Shown here: positions 35,919 through 36,707 of the stretch, piece by piece
Numbering within the stretch: position 1 is the stretch's first letter
Layout: every line of letters begins with the position of its first letter
From: Octopus sinensis
Taxonomy: Eukaryota
Direction: 5' to 3'
Length of the DNA: 36,707 nucleotides
Assembly: GCF_006345805.1 (NCBI RefSeq)
Contig: NW_021824648.1
Location: forward strand, 1-36,707
Notes under the pieces: model-generated
The model's input: the letters and a program-made list of their open reading frames with translations, nothing else
Databases searched by the model: none
What the model was told of the DNA's origin: nothing
Translations under genes and position numbers: made by a program

Positions 35919-36314
35919 ACCCAGAAATCGAAAACAGAGAGTTGCTTATTTGCAAAAAAAAAAAAAAAAAAAAAGAAATATAAAATGTGACTTCATTGAC
36001 CGAGGTTACCGTGGTCTTTTCCGCAGGCTTTTCTTTCCACGGGTAAACATCACCTGTTCTCCCCTTTACACTTCATATTGACATTTCTGTGATAACGATC
36101 CCTATTGATCATTTTTTTTTCCACTCCCCCCCTTTCTTTTTTTTTTTTTTTTTTTTTAACCCCCCTTATTTTTGTCCTCTTTCTCTCCTTTTACGATCCC
36201 TTTTGATCGAACCTCCCCCTTCCTTTTTTTTTTTTTTTTAATACCTTCAAAAGAAAAGCTCTACCTTGTAATTTGTTCTATCTGTGTGCAGCCCTGTGTG
36301 GCTAATAAAGAAAC

Positions 36315-36364
36315 ATATCTATCTATCTATCTGTCTATCTTTCTATCAATCTATCTTTCTATCA

Positions 36365-36398
<34 letters not shown>

Positions 36399-36412
36399 AT
36401 ATATATATATAT

Positions 36413-36458
<46 letters not shown>
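36315..36458. repeat. (ATCT)n microsatellite between the two LINE copies
   Basis: Directly visible. Confidence 0.98.
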
Positions 36459-36707
36459 GAGAAGAACTGGAACGAGATAACGAGTAGGGTGGTCACTCTC
36501 GCCCGGCAATGGGCCGAGAGGAAACTGTCCCTAAAAGGTCGGGCGGAGGTGGCGAACACGTACATCGTGTCCGTCATCTACTACCGCCTGACCGTCGTAC
36601 CTTGTCCCGACCCTACCATCACCAAACTACAACGCATTCTCTTTCGCTTCTTGTGGAAAGGATGCGTCCCGATGGTCAGGCGATCCATTTGCTGTCAACA
36701 CCCGTTA
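36459..36707 (+). mobile_element. Second, more deeply 5'-truncated copy of the same Tx1 LINE, running off the window
   Basis: Aligns without gaps to 34774-35022 with 3 substitutions in 249 nt. Confidence 0.95.

Larger units (their letters stand above)
30957..36314 (+). mobile_element. L1/Tx1-clade LINE, 5'-truncated within ORF1, young
   Basis: Two ORFs 30 nt apart: a zinc-knuckle ORF1 and an APE-RT-zinc-finger ORF2. The 3' UTR ends AATAAAGAAAC, and both flanks are (ATCT)n. Confidence 0.92.

Noticed and set aside
1-36707. CRISPR arrays, rRNA genes or prokaryotic operons
   Set aside because: None seen. Spliceosomal introns, SINEs and microsatellites indicate animal nuclear DNA.

Overview
Repeat-dense eukaryotic DNA, most likely from an octopus (inferred from the abundant tRNA-headed CORE-SINEs, which resemble the octopus OR families, and the high microsatellite load). 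I can support one host gene: five plus-strand coding exons of an ankyrin-repeat protein (17582-17659, 21593-21747, 23946-24099, 28624-28778, 29740-29776). They splice in frame into 193 aa, and the gene continues past the window. The rest is mostly transposon sequence: Penelope-like RT, Ty3/Gypsy gag-protease, R4/Dong-clade, RTE, HERO-like and CR1-clade LINE fragments, a DD37D (maT) transposase, Helitron-type elements, palindromic MITE-like elements and many SINEs. The most interesting feature is a young L1/Tx1-clade LINE (30957-36314) with a second, about 99% identical, 5'-truncated copy right behind it (36459 to the window end). Both sit in the same register of an (ATCT)n/(GATA)n microsatellite, which suggests a GATA-repeat-targeting retrotransposon. 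The element has no poly(A) tail, and its 3' UTR contains a motif with the strand order of an ENE/MALAT1-type RNA triple helix. Family assignments come from protein motifs I recognised by eye; no database searches were run.
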